Source: Hyphomicrobiales bacterium
GTDB taxonomy: Bacteria > Pseudomonadota > Alphaproteobacteria > Rhizobiales > Beijerinckiaceae
NCBI GenBank assembly: GCA_027484605.1
Contig: JAIXSR010000054.1
Span: 13,269 to 77,268 of the forward strand
DNA: 64,000 nucleotides
Direction of reading: 5' to 3'
Below are positions 33,001-41,310 of this stretch, piece after piece. The position numbers and the translations under genes are program-made. The notes beneath the pieces are model-generated. The model searched no databases. It was not told the DNA's origin and saw only the letters and a list, made by a program, of their open reading frames with translations. The stretch's first letter is position 1; every line of letters starts with the position of its first letter.

Positions 33001-33954
33001 CCGCCGCCGCGCCCGCCCGCTGTGCCGGGCCGGCCACTGGCCCGGCTGGTCGAATTGCCGCTGGATCGCGGCGAGGGCCTGCTCGCCCTCGCGGTCCGCG
33101 CCGAGCCCTGGGGCGGCCCGTACAGGCTCGTCGACCTTGCCCATGGCGAGGCGCGCAGCCTGATCGAGATCGGGCGCGGCGCGCGGCTGGGCCGCACCCT
33201 GTCCGCCTTGCCACAGGGCCCGCTCTGGCGCTGGGACCATCACGCGCGGCTCGACCTCCTCTGCGAGGGCGGCACGCTGGCGAGCCTGCCGGATGACACG
33301 GTCCTGGCCGGCGGCAATGCCCTCGCCGTGACCGGCCCCGACGGGCTGATGGAGATCCTGCTCTTCCGCAGGGTGGAGCGGCTCGATGCCCGGCGCTACC
33401 GGCTCTCCGGCCTGCTGCGCGGCCTCGGCCTGTCCGAGCCGGCTGCCGGCCGTGTGCTCGCGCCGGGGGCCGAGATCCTCGTGCTCGACGAGGCGGTGAT
33501 GCCGCTCGGCCCGGAAGCCGCTTCCCTCGGCCAGCCGGGGCGTTGGCGGCTCATCGGCGCCGGTGCCGATCTCGCCGGCCCGCACGGGCTCGACCTTGCC
33601 GCCACGCCGTCCGGCCTCGCCCTGCGCCCGCTGCCGCCGGTTCATCCCCGCGCGCGGCGGGAAGCGGCGGGCATCCGCATCCGCTTCTGCCGCCGGACGC
33701 GCCGGGGCGGCGACAGCTGGGACCTGTTCGAGGTGCCGCTCGGCGAGGATCGCGCGGAATTCCGGCTCGCGGTGCTGGCGGGCGAGGAAGAGCGCCGGGT
33801 CGTCACCCTCGGCGAGACGGAATGGCTCTACCCCACGGCCTGGGAGATCGCGGATTTCGGCGCTCCCCGGCGCGAACTCGATCTCTCGATCCGGCAGGTC
33901 AGCGCGGCAACCGGGCCGGGCCTGCCCTGTCGCCGCACCATCCCCATCCGCTGA
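30052..33954 (+). CDS. GTA host-specificity/central fibre protein ('megatron', RcGTA g15 equivalent)
   Basis: 1300 aa. Gly-rich hydrophobic N-terminus (GTMLGGPVGGMIGGALGALAGAPID), then RVRLGGQVIWATEF... and a glycoside-hydrolase-like TIM-barrel middle part. Size and position match. Confidence 0.9.
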   Translation: MATLAFRMIGSTLGTMLGGPVGGMIGGALGALAGAPIDRALLGGGRVTEGPRLDALAGITAQEGAPVPRIWGRVRLGGQVIWATEFEEERHVERAGGAGGKGLGGAGQPRATRYTYFAHVAIGLCAGPVSMVRRIWADDRELDLAQLTWRFYPGDEDQPVDPLIAAKQGGAALPAYRGLAYIVFERFPLEAHGNRLPQFRFEVIRAAGPVAARLRAVNLIPGSTEFGYAPAERREDFGYGASRALNRVQTFRASDWEASLDTLQALAPRLERVTLVSAWYGDDLRAGHCRFRPRVERADKIIAGTPWEVAGLTRDSAVRVSRLHGRPAYGGSPSDDSLVAALRDLAARGLKSVLHPFVLMDIPPGNALPDPARPGAFQPAYPWRGRITLDPAPGLRGTAEGQAAAAAQVAALMGTARPADFSLAGERVVYAGPEDWGYRRMVLHHAMLAQAAGGVDTFLIGSELVGLTHALGPDGRFPFVEALAVLAADLRQLLGPATRLTYAADWTEYGARVREGGADIRFPLDPLWAHPAIDAVAIDAYPPLSDWRPGRDHADAAIATGPADPAYLRTRLTDGEAHAWFYPDEAARASGARRPITDGAYGKPWIHRPKDLAGWWLNPHHERQDGVESPVATGWQPGLKPILLAEIGCPAVQFGANRPNLFPDPKSAEAGLPPFSPGGRDDLVPLRLIGAWLDAYGAGGTPENPLSPVTGQPMVPADFIAPWAWDARPFPAFPRQTDLWSDGANWARGHWLNGRLEAMPLDALVGALFADFGLPEPLCEAVDGMVDGYVIDRPMSLRAALEPLARLFGLSFHARAGRIVVRGRPSGPVLTLAAADLVLAPEDGACLERIRQPDSALPRRLVLGFIESEGDFEPAAVVAERPLGQSWREAAEGTTLHLPRAQAQGLAEQRLHDLWCGRETLHFRLSPRHLALEPGDGFRLLLEEGPLDLIAIRLVDGPWREVEARLYEPALLDAPPAEGMPLPPPPRPPAVPGRPLARLVELPLDRGEGLLALAVRAEPWGGPYRLVDLAHGEARSLIEIGRGARLGRTLSALPQGPLWRWDHHARLDLLCEGGTLASLPDDTVLAGGNALAVTGPDGLMEILLFRRVERLDARRYRLSGLLRGLGLSEPAAGRVLAPGAEILVLDEAVMPLGPEAASLGQPGRWRLIGAGADLAGPHGLDLAATPSGLALRPLPPVHPRARREAAGIRIRFCRRTRRGGDSWDLFEVPLGEDRAEFRLAVLAGEEERRVVTLGETEWLYPTAWEIADFGAPRRELDLSIRQVSAATGPGLPCRRTIPIR

Positions 33955-33966
33955 GGAGGCGCCATC

Positions 33967-34740
33967 ATGGCCCGACAAGCCTTCGACCGTGCCCTGGCCT
34001 TCGTGCTCCGCCAAGAAGGCGGCTTTTCCGACCATCCCAAAGATCCCGGCGGCGCGACGCATCGGGGCATCACGCTGGCCACGCTCGCCGCCTGGCGCGG
34101 CCATCCCGCCAGCATGGCGGATCTCCGCGCGCTCACCCGCGAGGAGACGGCCGCGATCTACCGCAAGCGCTACTGGGAGAGGATGGCCGGCGATGACCTG
34201 CCCGCCGGGCTCGACCTCGTCGTCTTCGATGCGGCCGTCAATTCCGGTCCGGCCCGCGCCGCGCGCTGGCTGCAGGCCCTGCTCGCCGTGCCGGCCGACG
34301 GGGTCGTCGGCCCGGTCACGCTCGCCGCCGCACGGGCGGCCGGCGCGGCCGACCTGATCGAGGCTTTCACCCGCCGGCGACAGGCCTTCGTCGAGGCGCT
34401 GCCGGCCTTCCGCACTTTCGGCCGGGGCTGGAGCCGCCGCATCGCTGCGGCGCGGGCGGCCGGCCTCGACCTCGCCGACCCGCCGTCTTCCACCCCCCGG
34501 GCAACCCGCAAGGAGAACGCCATGACCCCGATCGAAACCACCAAACCCGCCTATGCCAGCCGGACGCTCTGGGCCAATGCCATCGGCCTTCTGGCGCTTG
34601 TCCTGTCCTGGTGGGGCATCGTCATTCCCGGCCTCGATACCGAGGTCCTGACGCAGAGCCTCCTGCAGGGCGTGGCCGGCCTCGGCTTCGTCGCCTCCAC
34701 CCTGTTCCGGCTGGTCGCGACGCGGCGGTTGATGCCCTGA
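33967..34740 (+). CDS. GH108 muramidase + PG_binding_3 domain with a C-terminal two-helix membrane module
   Basis: GAGGAGG SD. FVLRQEGGFSDHPKDPGGATHRGIT (GH108 catalytic-Glu motif); VDGVVGPVTLAA (PG_binding_3). C-terminal hydrophobic helices TLWANAIGLLALVLSWWGIVI and LLQGVAGLGFVASTLFRLV. Confidence 0.85.
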   Translation: MARQAFDRALAFVLRQEGGFSDHPKDPGGATHRGITLATLAAWRGHPASMADLRALTREETAAIYRKRYWERMAGDDLPAGLDLVVFDAAVNSGPARAARWLQALLAVPADGVVGPVTLAAARAAGAADLIEAFTRRRQAFVEALPAFRTFGRGWSRRIAAARAAGLDLADPPSSTPRATRKENAMTPIETTKPAYASRTLWANAIGLLALVLSWWGIVIPGLDTEVLTQSLLQGVAGLGFVASTLFRLVATRRLMP

Positions 34741-34833
34741 TCTCGGCCCTGTCGCAATTCTGTCGACCTGATATATGACAAGCACGAACCGCGTCGGCCC
34801 CCGGGGCCGGCGCCCTGCTGCCCGGAGTGCCCC

Positions 34834-35514
34834 ATGCGCCTGCTCGTCGTCGAGGACGATCGCGATCTCAACCGCCAGCTCGCTACGGCGCTGGAAGATG
34901 CCGGCTATGCCGTCGACAAGGCCTTTGACGGCGAGGAAGGGCACTTTCTCGGCGATACCGAACCCTATGACGGGGTGATCCTCGATATGGGCCTGCCGCG
35001 CATGGATGGCATCCGCGTGCTGGAGAAATGGCGCCGCGACGGCCGCACCATGCCGGTGCTGATTCTCACCGCGCGGGATCGCTGGAGCGAGAAGGTGCAG
35101 GGCTTCGATGCCGGCGCCGATGATTACGTGACCAAGCCCTTCCATATGGAGGAAGTGCTGGCCCGCCTGCGCGCCCTGCTGCGCCGCGCCGCCGGCCATG
35201 CCACCAGCGAGATCAGCTGTGGGCCGGTCCTGCTCGACACCCGGTCAAGCCGCGTCGTGGTCGATGGCTCCGCCGTTCGGCTGACCTCGCATGAATACCG
35301 GCTTCTCGCCTATCTCATGCATCACCAGGGCCGTGTCGTCTCGCGCACCGAGCTGGTCGAGCATCTCTACGACCAGGATTTCGACCGCGATTCCAACACG
35401 ATCGAAGTCTTTGTCGGCCGCCTGCGCAAGAAGCTCGGCGTCGAGATCATCCAGACCGTGCGCGGCCTCGGCTATATCGCCGCGCCGCCCGAGGCGCCGG
35501 CCAAGCGGGGATGA
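34834..35514 (+). CDS. feuP: OmpR-family response regulator (FeuP-like by synteny with cycHJKL)
   Basis: MRLLVVEDDRDLNRQL...DGVILDMGLPRMDG...LILTARD...KPF, plus a winged-helix C-terminus (LTSHEYRLLAYLM...VFVGRLRKKL). The symbol rests on remembered feuPQ-cycHJKL linkage in Rhizobium. Confidence 0.75.
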   Translation: MRLLVVEDDRDLNRQLATALEDAGYAVDKAFDGEEGHFLGDTEPYDGVILDMGLPRMDGIRVLEKWRRDGRTMPVLILTARDRWSEKVQGFDAGADDYVTKPFHMEEVLARLRALLRRAAGHATSEISCGPVLLDTRSSRVVVDGSAVRLTSHEYRLLAYLMHHQGRVVSRTELVEHLYDQDFDRDSNTIEVFVGRLRKKLGVEIIQTVRGLGYIAAPPEAPAKRG

Positions 35515-35524
35515 TCGAGCGCGG

Positions 35525-36931
35525 ATGATCTGGCGAAGCCTTTCGTTCAACGCGCTCCAGCCGGCCTCGCTGGCCGGGCGCCTTGTCGCCTCGGCCATCG
35601 TGCTCTCCGTGCTCGTCCTCGTGACGGCCGGCGGCACGCTTTCTGCCTTCAACCGCCGGACAGTCGAGGCCGCCTTTGACGAGCGCCTCAAGCTTTATCT
35701 GAAGGTGCTGGTGGCCGATGTCGCCTCGCTCACCGATGGCGGCAATGTCGAGCCCGGCAATCTCGGCGAGCCGCAATTCCAGATCCCGCTTTCCGGCTGG
35801 TACTGGCAGATCGTCCGCGTCGACCGCGAGAGCGGCGCCAGCAACACCCTGCGCAGTTCGCGCTCGCTTTTCTCGAATCGCCTGCCGGCCCTGGTCGAGC
35901 CGGGCATGCCCTCGGCGCGTGGCGATTTCCGCGACGGCTACCGAACCGGGCCGGAGAACCAGCGCCTCCGGCTGGTCGAGCAGGAAATTGATCTCGGCGA
36001 GCAGAACCGCTTCATCATCTCCGTCGGCGGCAATGCCAGGGAAATCGCCGAGGAGACCCGCCGCTTCGACATCACCCTCGCGGTGGTGCTCGGCATCCTC
36101 GCACTGGCGCTCGGCGTCTCGACGCTGGTGCAGGTGCGCTACGGCCTAGTGCCTTTGCGCCGCCTGTCGGAAGCGCTCGGGCAGGTCCGGGCCGGCGCGC
36201 GCGACCATGTCGAGGGCGCCTTTCCGGTCGAGGTGGCCCCGCTCGCCCAGGAGTTGAACCAGGTGCTCGATGTCAACCGCGAGATCGTGGCCCGGGCGCG
36301 CGCGCAGGTCGGCAATCTCGCCCATGCGCTCAAGACGCCGCTCAGCGTGCTGATCAACGAGGCTGGCAGCGATCCCGGCCCGCTGGCCGAAAAGGTGCGC
36401 GAGCAGAGCGCGATCATGCGCGATCAGGTGCAATATTATCTCGACCGCGCCCGCGCCGCCGCCCGCGCCGCGACGATCGGCAACATCACCGAGATCGAGC
36501 CCGTCATCGCCGCCTTCATCCGCACGTTCGAGAAGATCTACCGCGAGCGGAACCTGACCTTCGGCGCCGAGATCGCCACCTCGCTCCGCTTCCGGGGCGA
36601 GAAGCAGGATCTCGAGGAAATGATTGGCAACCTCGTCGACAATGCCGGCAAATGGGCGAGCACGCAGGTGCTGATCTCCGTCATCCGCGACGAGCCGGTG
36701 GCCGCCATGCCGATGATCAGCATCATCGTCGATGATGATGGCCCCGGCCTGCCGGAGGATGCCCGGAAGGAAGCCACCAAGCGCGGCCGCCGGCTGGACG
36801 AGACGAAGCCCGGTTCCGGCCTCGGCCTGTCCATCGTGGTTGATCTCGCCGTGCTCTATGGCGGCGCCTTCCTGCTGGAGGATTCACCGCTCGGTGGCCT
36901 GCGCGCCCGCCTGGTGCTGCCCGCCCTGTGA
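35525..36931 (+). CDS. feuQ: Sensor histidine kinase (FeuQ-like)
   Basis: Two TM segments flank a periplasmic loop, followed by HAMP. H-box NLAHALKTPLSVL; N box LVDNAGKW; G boxes DDDGPGL and GSGLGLSIV. Confidence 0.75.
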   Translation: MIWRSLSFNALQPASLAGRLVASAIVLSVLVLVTAGGTLSAFNRRTVEAAFDERLKLYLKVLVADVASLTDGGNVEPGNLGEPQFQIPLSGWYWQIVRVDRESGASNTLRSSRSLFSNRLPALVEPGMPSARGDFRDGYRTGPENQRLRLVEQEIDLGEQNRFIISVGGNAREIAEETRRFDITLAVVLGILALALGVSTLVQVRYGLVPLRRLSEALGQVRAGARDHVEGAFPVEVAPLAQELNQVLDVNREIVARARAQVGNLAHALKTPLSVLINEAGSDPGPLAEKVREQSAIMRDQVQYYLDRARAAARAATIGNITEIEPVIAAFIRTFEKIYRERNLTFGAEIATSLRFRGEKQDLEEMIGNLVDNAGKWASTQVLISVIRDEPVAAMPMISIIVDDDGPGLPEDARKEATKRGRRLDETKPGSGLGLSIVVDLAVLYGGAFLLEDSPLGGLRARLVLPAL

Positions 36932-37013
36932 CGCGACCGCCGGTCGCGGCGGTCTGCCATACCTTCGTCGGGATTCCGTTGGATCGGAAAGGTGTTCCTG
37001 CTATGCGAGCGCA

Positions 37014-38138
37014 ATGATGTTCTGGCTGCCCGTTCTGGTCCTGATCCTGGTCGCGATCCTGCTCGCGCTCTGGCCGCTTCTGCGTGGCCGCGGGCCGGTC
37101 GATCCGATGGACCAGGCCGTGGCCTTCTACCAGGCCCGCAAGGCCGAACTCGAACGCCAGCATGGCGCCGGCCAGATCGGCGCGGCCGATTTCGAGGCGG
37201 CGATGGCCGAACAGGGCCGCCACCTCCTCGCGCTCGGCCGTGGCCGAGGCGCGGTCACTGGCGATGGCGCGGCCCGCCGCCGCAAGATCGCCGCCCTGGC
37301 CATGCTGGTGGTCGTGCCGGCGTTGGCGCTCGGCATCTATTTCCGGATCGGCCAGCCCGGTGCGCCGGACCTGCCTCTCGCCAGCCGCGATGTGACGCCC
37401 CAGAACATGGATGTCGCCTCCGCTTTGCAGCGGATCGAGCAGCATCTGGCCCGCAACCCCGATGACGGGCGCGGCTACGAGGTGATCGCGCCGGTCTATC
37501 TCCGGGCCGGCCGCTTCGCCGATGCCGCCTTCGCCTACCGCAAGGTCGTGGCCCTGCTCGGGCCCAGCGCCACCCGCCTGGCCGATCTCGGCGAGGCGCT
37601 GGTGGCCGAGAAGGACGGCATCATCACCGCCGAGGCACGGGAGGCTTTCGAGAAGGCCGTGACCCTCGAGCCCGCCTATGCCAAGGCCCGGTTCTATCTG
37701 GCGGTTCTCCTCGAGCAGGACGGCAACCGCGCCGGCGCCATCGAGCGGCTGACCGCGCTCGCCGGGGAACTCGGCACCGGCCCGGGGCGGCTGCGCGTCG
37801 AGGCCGAGATCGCCCGCATGCGCACCGAGCCCGGCGGACTTGCGGGCGGACTTGCGGGCGGGCCTGCCAGCGAGGCCGGCCAGAGCATCGCCGCCCTGCC
37901 GGAAGCGGAACGCCAGGCAGCCATCCGTTCGATGGTCGACCAGCTCGATACCCGCCTCGCCGGCGGGGGCGGCACACTCGGCGAATGGCAGCGGCTGATC
38001 CGCGCGCGGCTCGTGCTGCAGGAGCCGGACAAGGCGCGCGAGGCACTCGGTCGCGCCCGGGAAGCCCTTGCCGGCGAGCCCGATTCGCTCAAGATTCTGG
38101 AAGCCTTGGCCGGGGATATTCCCGCCAGGGCACCGTAA
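37014..38138 (+). CDS. ccmI: Cytochrome c-type biogenesis protein CcmI (CycH)
   Basis: MMFWLPVLVLILVAILLALWPLLR...AFYQARKAELERQHGAGQIGAADFEAA..., a second TM, then TPR-like repeats. Directly upstream of ccmEFH. Confidence 0.85.
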   Translation: MMFWLPVLVLILVAILLALWPLLRGRGPVDPMDQAVAFYQARKAELERQHGAGQIGAADFEAAMAEQGRHLLALGRGRGAVTGDGAARRRKIAALAMLVVVPALALGIYFRIGQPGAPDLPLASRDVTPQNMDVASALQRIEQHLARNPDDGRGYEVIAPVYLRAGRFADAAFAYRKVVALLGPSATRLADLGEALVAEKDGIITAEAREAFEKAVTLEPAYAKARFYLAVLLEQDGNRAGAIERLTALAGELGTGPGRLRVEAEIARMRTEPGGLAGGLAGGPASEAGQSIAALPEAERQAAIRSMVDQLDTRLAGGGGTLGEWQRLIRARLVLQEPDKAREALGRAREALAGEPDSLKILEALAGDIPARAP

Positions 38139-38153
38139 CGGCAGGGCAGGAGC

Positions 38154-38603
38154 ATGACGCGCAAGCAGAAGCGGCTGGCAATGATCGGGGCGATCGGCCT
38201 TGTCCTGGCCGTGGCCACGGGGCTGATCCTCACCGCGCTCCGGGACCAGATCATGTTCTTCCGCTCGCCCACCGAAGTGGTGCAGGGCAAGGTCAAGCCG
38301 GGCGAGGCCTTCCGCCTCGGCGGGTTGGTCGAGGCCGGCAGCGTCGTCAAGGAACCGAACCAGATTGTCCGCTTCGTGGTGACCGACGGCGCCAACATTG
38401 TCCGCGTGACCCATCAGGGCATCCTGCCGGATCTCTTCCGCGAGGGGCAGGGCGTGGTCACCGAGGGCAAGCTCGAACCGGGCGGCGTGTTCAATGCCAG
38501 CACCGTCCTGGCCCGCCATGACGAGAACTACATGCCGCGCGAGGTTGCGGACAGCCTGAAGCAGCAGGGCGTCTGGAAAGACGGCAAAGGAGCCAAACCA
38601 TGA
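38154..38603 (+). CDS. ccmE: Cytochrome c maturation haem chaperone CcmE (CycJ)
   Basis: [26 protein letters not shown]...FFRSPTEV...FRLGGLV...[11 protein letters not shown] (haem-binding His in HDENY). Confidence 0.95.
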   Translation: MTRKQKRLAMIGAIGLVLAVATGLILTALRDQIMFFRSPTEVVQGKVKPGEAFRLGGLVEAGSVVKEPNQIVRFVVTDGANIVRVTHQGILPDLFREGQGVVTEGKLEPGGVFNASTVLARHDENYMPREVADSLKQQGVWKDGKGAKP

Positions 38604-38633
38604 CCGGAGCCACGCCATGATCGGAGCGAAGCC

Positions 38634-40607
38634 GTGATTGTCGAACTCGGGCATTTCGCCCTGATCCTCGGTTTCGCGGTGGCCCTGTTCCAGGCCACGG
38701 TGCCGCTCTGGGGTGCGATCCGCGGCGATGCCGTGCTCGCCCGGCTGGGGAGCCAGGCCGCCCTCGTCCATTTCGCGCTGGTCGCCCTGTCCTTCGCCGC
38801 GCTCACCCATGCCTATCTCGTCTCCGATTTCTCGGTGCTCAACGTCTTCCAGAATTCGCATTCGCTGAAGCCGCTGATCTACAAATGGAGCGGCGTCTGG
38901 GGTAACCACGAGGGCTCGATGCTGCTCTGGGTGCTGATCCTCGCCTTGTTCGGCGCGGGCGTGGCCGTGTTCTCGAAGCGCCTGCCGGATGACATGCTCG
39001 GCGCGACCCTCGGCGTTCAGGGCCTGATCGCCAGCGCCTTCTGCGCCTTCCTGATCTTCGCCTCGAACCCGTTCCTGCGCATGCCGAACCCGCCGATCGA
39101 GGGGCGGGACCTCAACCCCGTCCTGCAGGATCCCGGCCTCGCGATCCATCCGCCGCTGCTCTATCTCGGCTATGTCGGCTTCTCGATCGTCTTCTCCTTC
39201 GCGGCGGCGGCGCTGATCCTCGGGCGCGTCGATGCGGCCTTCGCGCGGATGATCCGCCCCTGGACACTCGCCGCCTGGATCACGCTGACCCTCGGCATCG
39301 CCATGGGCTCCTACTGGGCCTATTACGAACTCGGCTGGGGCGGCTACTGGTTCTGGGATCCGGTGGAGAATGCCTCGCTGATGCCCTGGCTCACCGGCAC
39401 CGCGCTGCTGCATTCCGCCATCGTGCTCGAAAAGCGCGAGGCGTTGAAGACCTGGACGATCCTGCTCGCCGTCGTCACCTTCTCGCTCTCGCTGCTCGGC
39501 ACCTTCCTCGTCCGCTCCGGCGTGCTGACCTCCGTCCATGCCTTCGCTGTCGATCCGGAGCGCGGCCTCTTCATCCTCCTCATCCTGATCGCCTTCATCG
39601 GCGGCAGCTTCGCGCTTTTCGCGGCCCGCGCCTCGGCCCTGCAGGGCGGCGGTCTCTTCGCCCCGATCAGCCGCGAGGGCGCGCTGGTCTTCAACAACCT
39701 CTTCCTCTCGGTGGCCTCGCTCGCCGTCTTTGTCGGCACGCTCTACCCGCTGCTACTCGAAGCGCTGACCGGCGCGAAAATCTCCGTCGGCCCGCCCTTC
39801 TTCAATCTCACCGCCGTGCCCCTGATGGTGCCGCTTTTCCTCGCCATTCCCTTCGGCCAGAAGCTCGCCTGGAAGCGCGGCGACCTGCTCGGCGCCGGCC
39901 AGCGGCTCTGGATCTGCATGGTTTTGGGCGTGGCCGGCGCGGCGATCTCGGCCTATGCCACCGGCGGCGGGCCCATCCTCGCGCTGGCCGGCATCGGCCT
40001 CGGCATCTTCCTCGTGCTCGGCGCGCTGGATGACCTGCTCGACCGCGCCCTGCGGGGCGGAATCGGCCTGATCGGTGCCCGCCTGCGGGCCATTCCGCAA
40101 TCGATCACCGCCATGGCCCTGGCCCATGCCGGCGCCGGGCTCATGGTCATCGGCATCAGCGCCACGGCCTTCGAGACCGAGAAAATCGCCGCAATGAAGC
40201 CTGGCGAGACCCTGGCGCTCGATGGCTACACGCTCCGCCTCGAGGGGATCGGCCCCGTGACCGGCCCGAACTACAATGCCATCGCCGCCGAATTCTCCCT
40301 GCGCGATCCCGCCGGGGCCGAACTGGCGCGGCTTCGTCCGGCCAAGCGCGTCTATATCGGCCGGCAGATGCCGACTTCCGAGGTCGGCCGCTACCGCCAC
40401 GGCCTGAGCGAGATCTATGTCGCCATCGGCGAGACATCCGATGGCCAGCATGTCGACCTGCGCGCCTATCACAAGCCCTATGTGCTGCTGATCTGGCTTG
40501 GCCCGCTGCTCATGTCGATCGGGGGCATCCTGTCGCTGCTCGATCGCCGCCTGCGGATCGGCGTGCCGGCACGGCGCGCCCGGCTGCGGCCCGAACCGGC
40601 GGAGTGA
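38634..40607 (+). CDS. ccmF: Cytochrome c haem lyase subunit CcmF (CycK)
   Basis: GTG start. MIVELGHFALILGF..., the WGGYWFWDPVENASLMPWL tryptophan-rich motif, 657 aa polytopic. Confidence 0.95.
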   Translation: MIVELGHFALILGFAVALFQATVPLWGAIRGDAVLARLGSQAALVHFALVALSFAALTHAYLVSDFSVLNVFQNSHSLKPLIYKWSGVWGNHEGSMLLWVLILALFGAGVAVFSKRLPDDMLGATLGVQGLIASAFCAFLIFASNPFLRMPNPPIEGRDLNPVLQDPGLAIHPPLLYLGYVGFSIVFSFAAAALILGRVDAAFARMIRPWTLAAWITLTLGIAMGSYWAYYELGWGGYWFWDPVENASLMPWLTGTALLHSAIVLEKREALKTWTILLAVVTFSLSLLGTFLVRSGVLTSVHAFAVDPERGLFILLILIAFIGGSFALFAARASALQGGGLFAPISREGALVFNNLFLSVASLAVFVGTLYPLLLEALTGAKISVGPPFFNLTAVPLMVPLFLAIPFGQKLAWKRGDLLGAGQRLWICMVLGVAGAAISAYATGGGPILALAGIGLGIFLVLGALDDLLDRALRGGIGLIGARLRAIPQSITAMALAHAGAGLMVIGISATAFETEKIAAMKPGETLALDGYTLRLEGIGPVTGPNYNAIAAEFSLRDPAGAELARLRPAKRVYIGRQMPTSEVGRYRHGLSEIYVAIGETSDGQHVDLRAYHKPYVLLIWLGPLLMSIGGILSLLDRRLRIGVPARRARLRPEPAE

Positions 40608-40610
40608 CCC

Positions 40611-41099
40611 ATGCGACGCCCCCTCGGCCTCCTTCTCGCCCTTGCACTCTCCGCCACCCCGGCCCTCGCCGTGCGCCCCGGCGAGCAATTGCCCGATGCC
40701 GCGCAGGAAAACCGCGCCCGCAAGCTCTCGGCCGAATTGCGCTGCCTCGTCTGCCAGAACCAGTCGATCGATGATTCCGATGCCCCGCTGGCGGTGGATC
40801 TCCGCCGTATCGTGCGCGAACGCATCCGCGCCGGCGACAGCGACACCGCGATCCGCGATTTCCTGGTGGCGCGCTATGGCGCCTTCGTCCTGCTGAAGCC
40901 GCCGGTTTCCGGGCAGACGATCCTGCTCTGGAGCCTGCCCGGCCTGGCCCTGGTGGTCGGGGGCCTTGCGGCCTGGCGCCTGTTCCGCCGACGCCCCGAG
41001 GAGGGCACCGCCAGCCCGGAGGACAGCCTCAGCCCCGAGGAACGGGCGGAGTTGCAGGCCCTGCTGGAACGGCCGGGCCGTGGCGGTCCGGCCAGCTGA
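40611..41099 (+). CDS. ccmH: Cytochrome c haem lyase subunit CcmH (CycL)
   Basis: Signal peptide, then ELRCLVCQNQSIDDSDAPLAVDLRRIVRERI (the LRCxxC motif) and a C-terminal TM. Confidence 0.9.
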   Translation: MRRPLGLLLALALSATPALAVRPGEQLPDAAQENRARKLSAELRCLVCQNQSIDDSDAPLAVDLRRIVRERIRAGDSDTAIRDFLVARYGAFVLLKPPVSGQTILLWSLPGLALVVGGLAAWRLFRRRPEEGTASPEDSLSPEERAELQALLERPGRGGPAS

Positions 41100-41310
41100 A
41101 CATTACCGTCATTTAATGAACCCGACAGCTTGGGTTAAATCAGCAGGCGCTAAACCATAAGCGTGTCTCGCGGTGCGCTGTTTCGGTCAACCCCCGTCGC
41201 CCCCCGCTCCGGAATTCCACCGCGAGACCGCCCCTTCCCGGCTTGACGCGGCGGGCCCGAGAGGGCGATGTGTCTGTCCTGTCCATGCCGCTTCCGATCG
41301 AGTTCTCCCG

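Larger units (their letters stand above)
19287..34740 (+). mobile_element. RcGTA-type gene transfer agent structural cluster (domesticated head-tail phage module), about 15.5 kb
   Basis: Gene order matches RcGTA g1-g15: TerS-like, TerL, portal, small ORF(s), HK97 protease, HK97 capsid, adaptor, stopper, tail terminator, tail tube, two chaperone ORFs, short tape measure, DUF2460, DUF2163, NlpC/P60, a 1300-aa host-specificity protein, then GH108. No integrase, repressor, replication genes or att-like repeats. Most junctions are translationally coupled. Confidence 0.85.

Noticed and set aside
19287-34740. Interpretation of the head-tail cluster as an intact or cryptic prophage.
   Set aside because: No integrase, excisionase, repressor/Cro, replication or anti-termination genes, and no flanking direct repeats or tRNA. 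The gene order and the very short tape measure match the conserved GTA architecture, with core genes on both sides.
29776-35199. 1807-aa minus-strand ORF, the longest in the track, spanning the region antisense to GTA g14/g15, the GH108 gene and feuP.
   Set aside because: The translation is dominated by G/R/A/P/D/H runs with no recognisable domains. It lies exactly antisense to four forward genes with clear family signatures and translational coupling. Stop codons are rare on the antisense strand of high-GC3 genes, so this is a shadow ORF.
37826-37866. Tandem 12-nt direct repeat GGCGGACTTGCG x2 inside ccmI (encodes GGLAGGLAGG).
   Set aside because: A short in-frame duplication in a low-complexity linker of a clearly functional gene. 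No independent significance evident.
36723-39539. 938-aa minus-strand ORF. Similar long ORFs occur at 25654-28020(-), 27069-29579(-), 42976-44949(-), 46433-48703(+), 49233-51653(+), 54037-55737(+) and 56543-58780(-).
   Set aside because: Each is antisense or out of frame to a gene with strong family motifs (ccmIEF, GTA tail genes, HK/glnE, PAS kinase, pepN, tctA, tauE/M20). All have the same low-complexity Arg/Gly/Ala/Pro/His/Asp composition. High-GC shadow ORFs.
41100-41310. Expected a DegP/HtrA protease gene after ccmH, as I recall for cycHJKL loci in some rhizobia. Only a 211-bp intergenic region is present before the next response regulator.
   Set aside because: The synteny expectation comes from memory and cannot be verified here. 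Absence of a gene is not evidence of a deletion, and I saw no pseudogene remnants.
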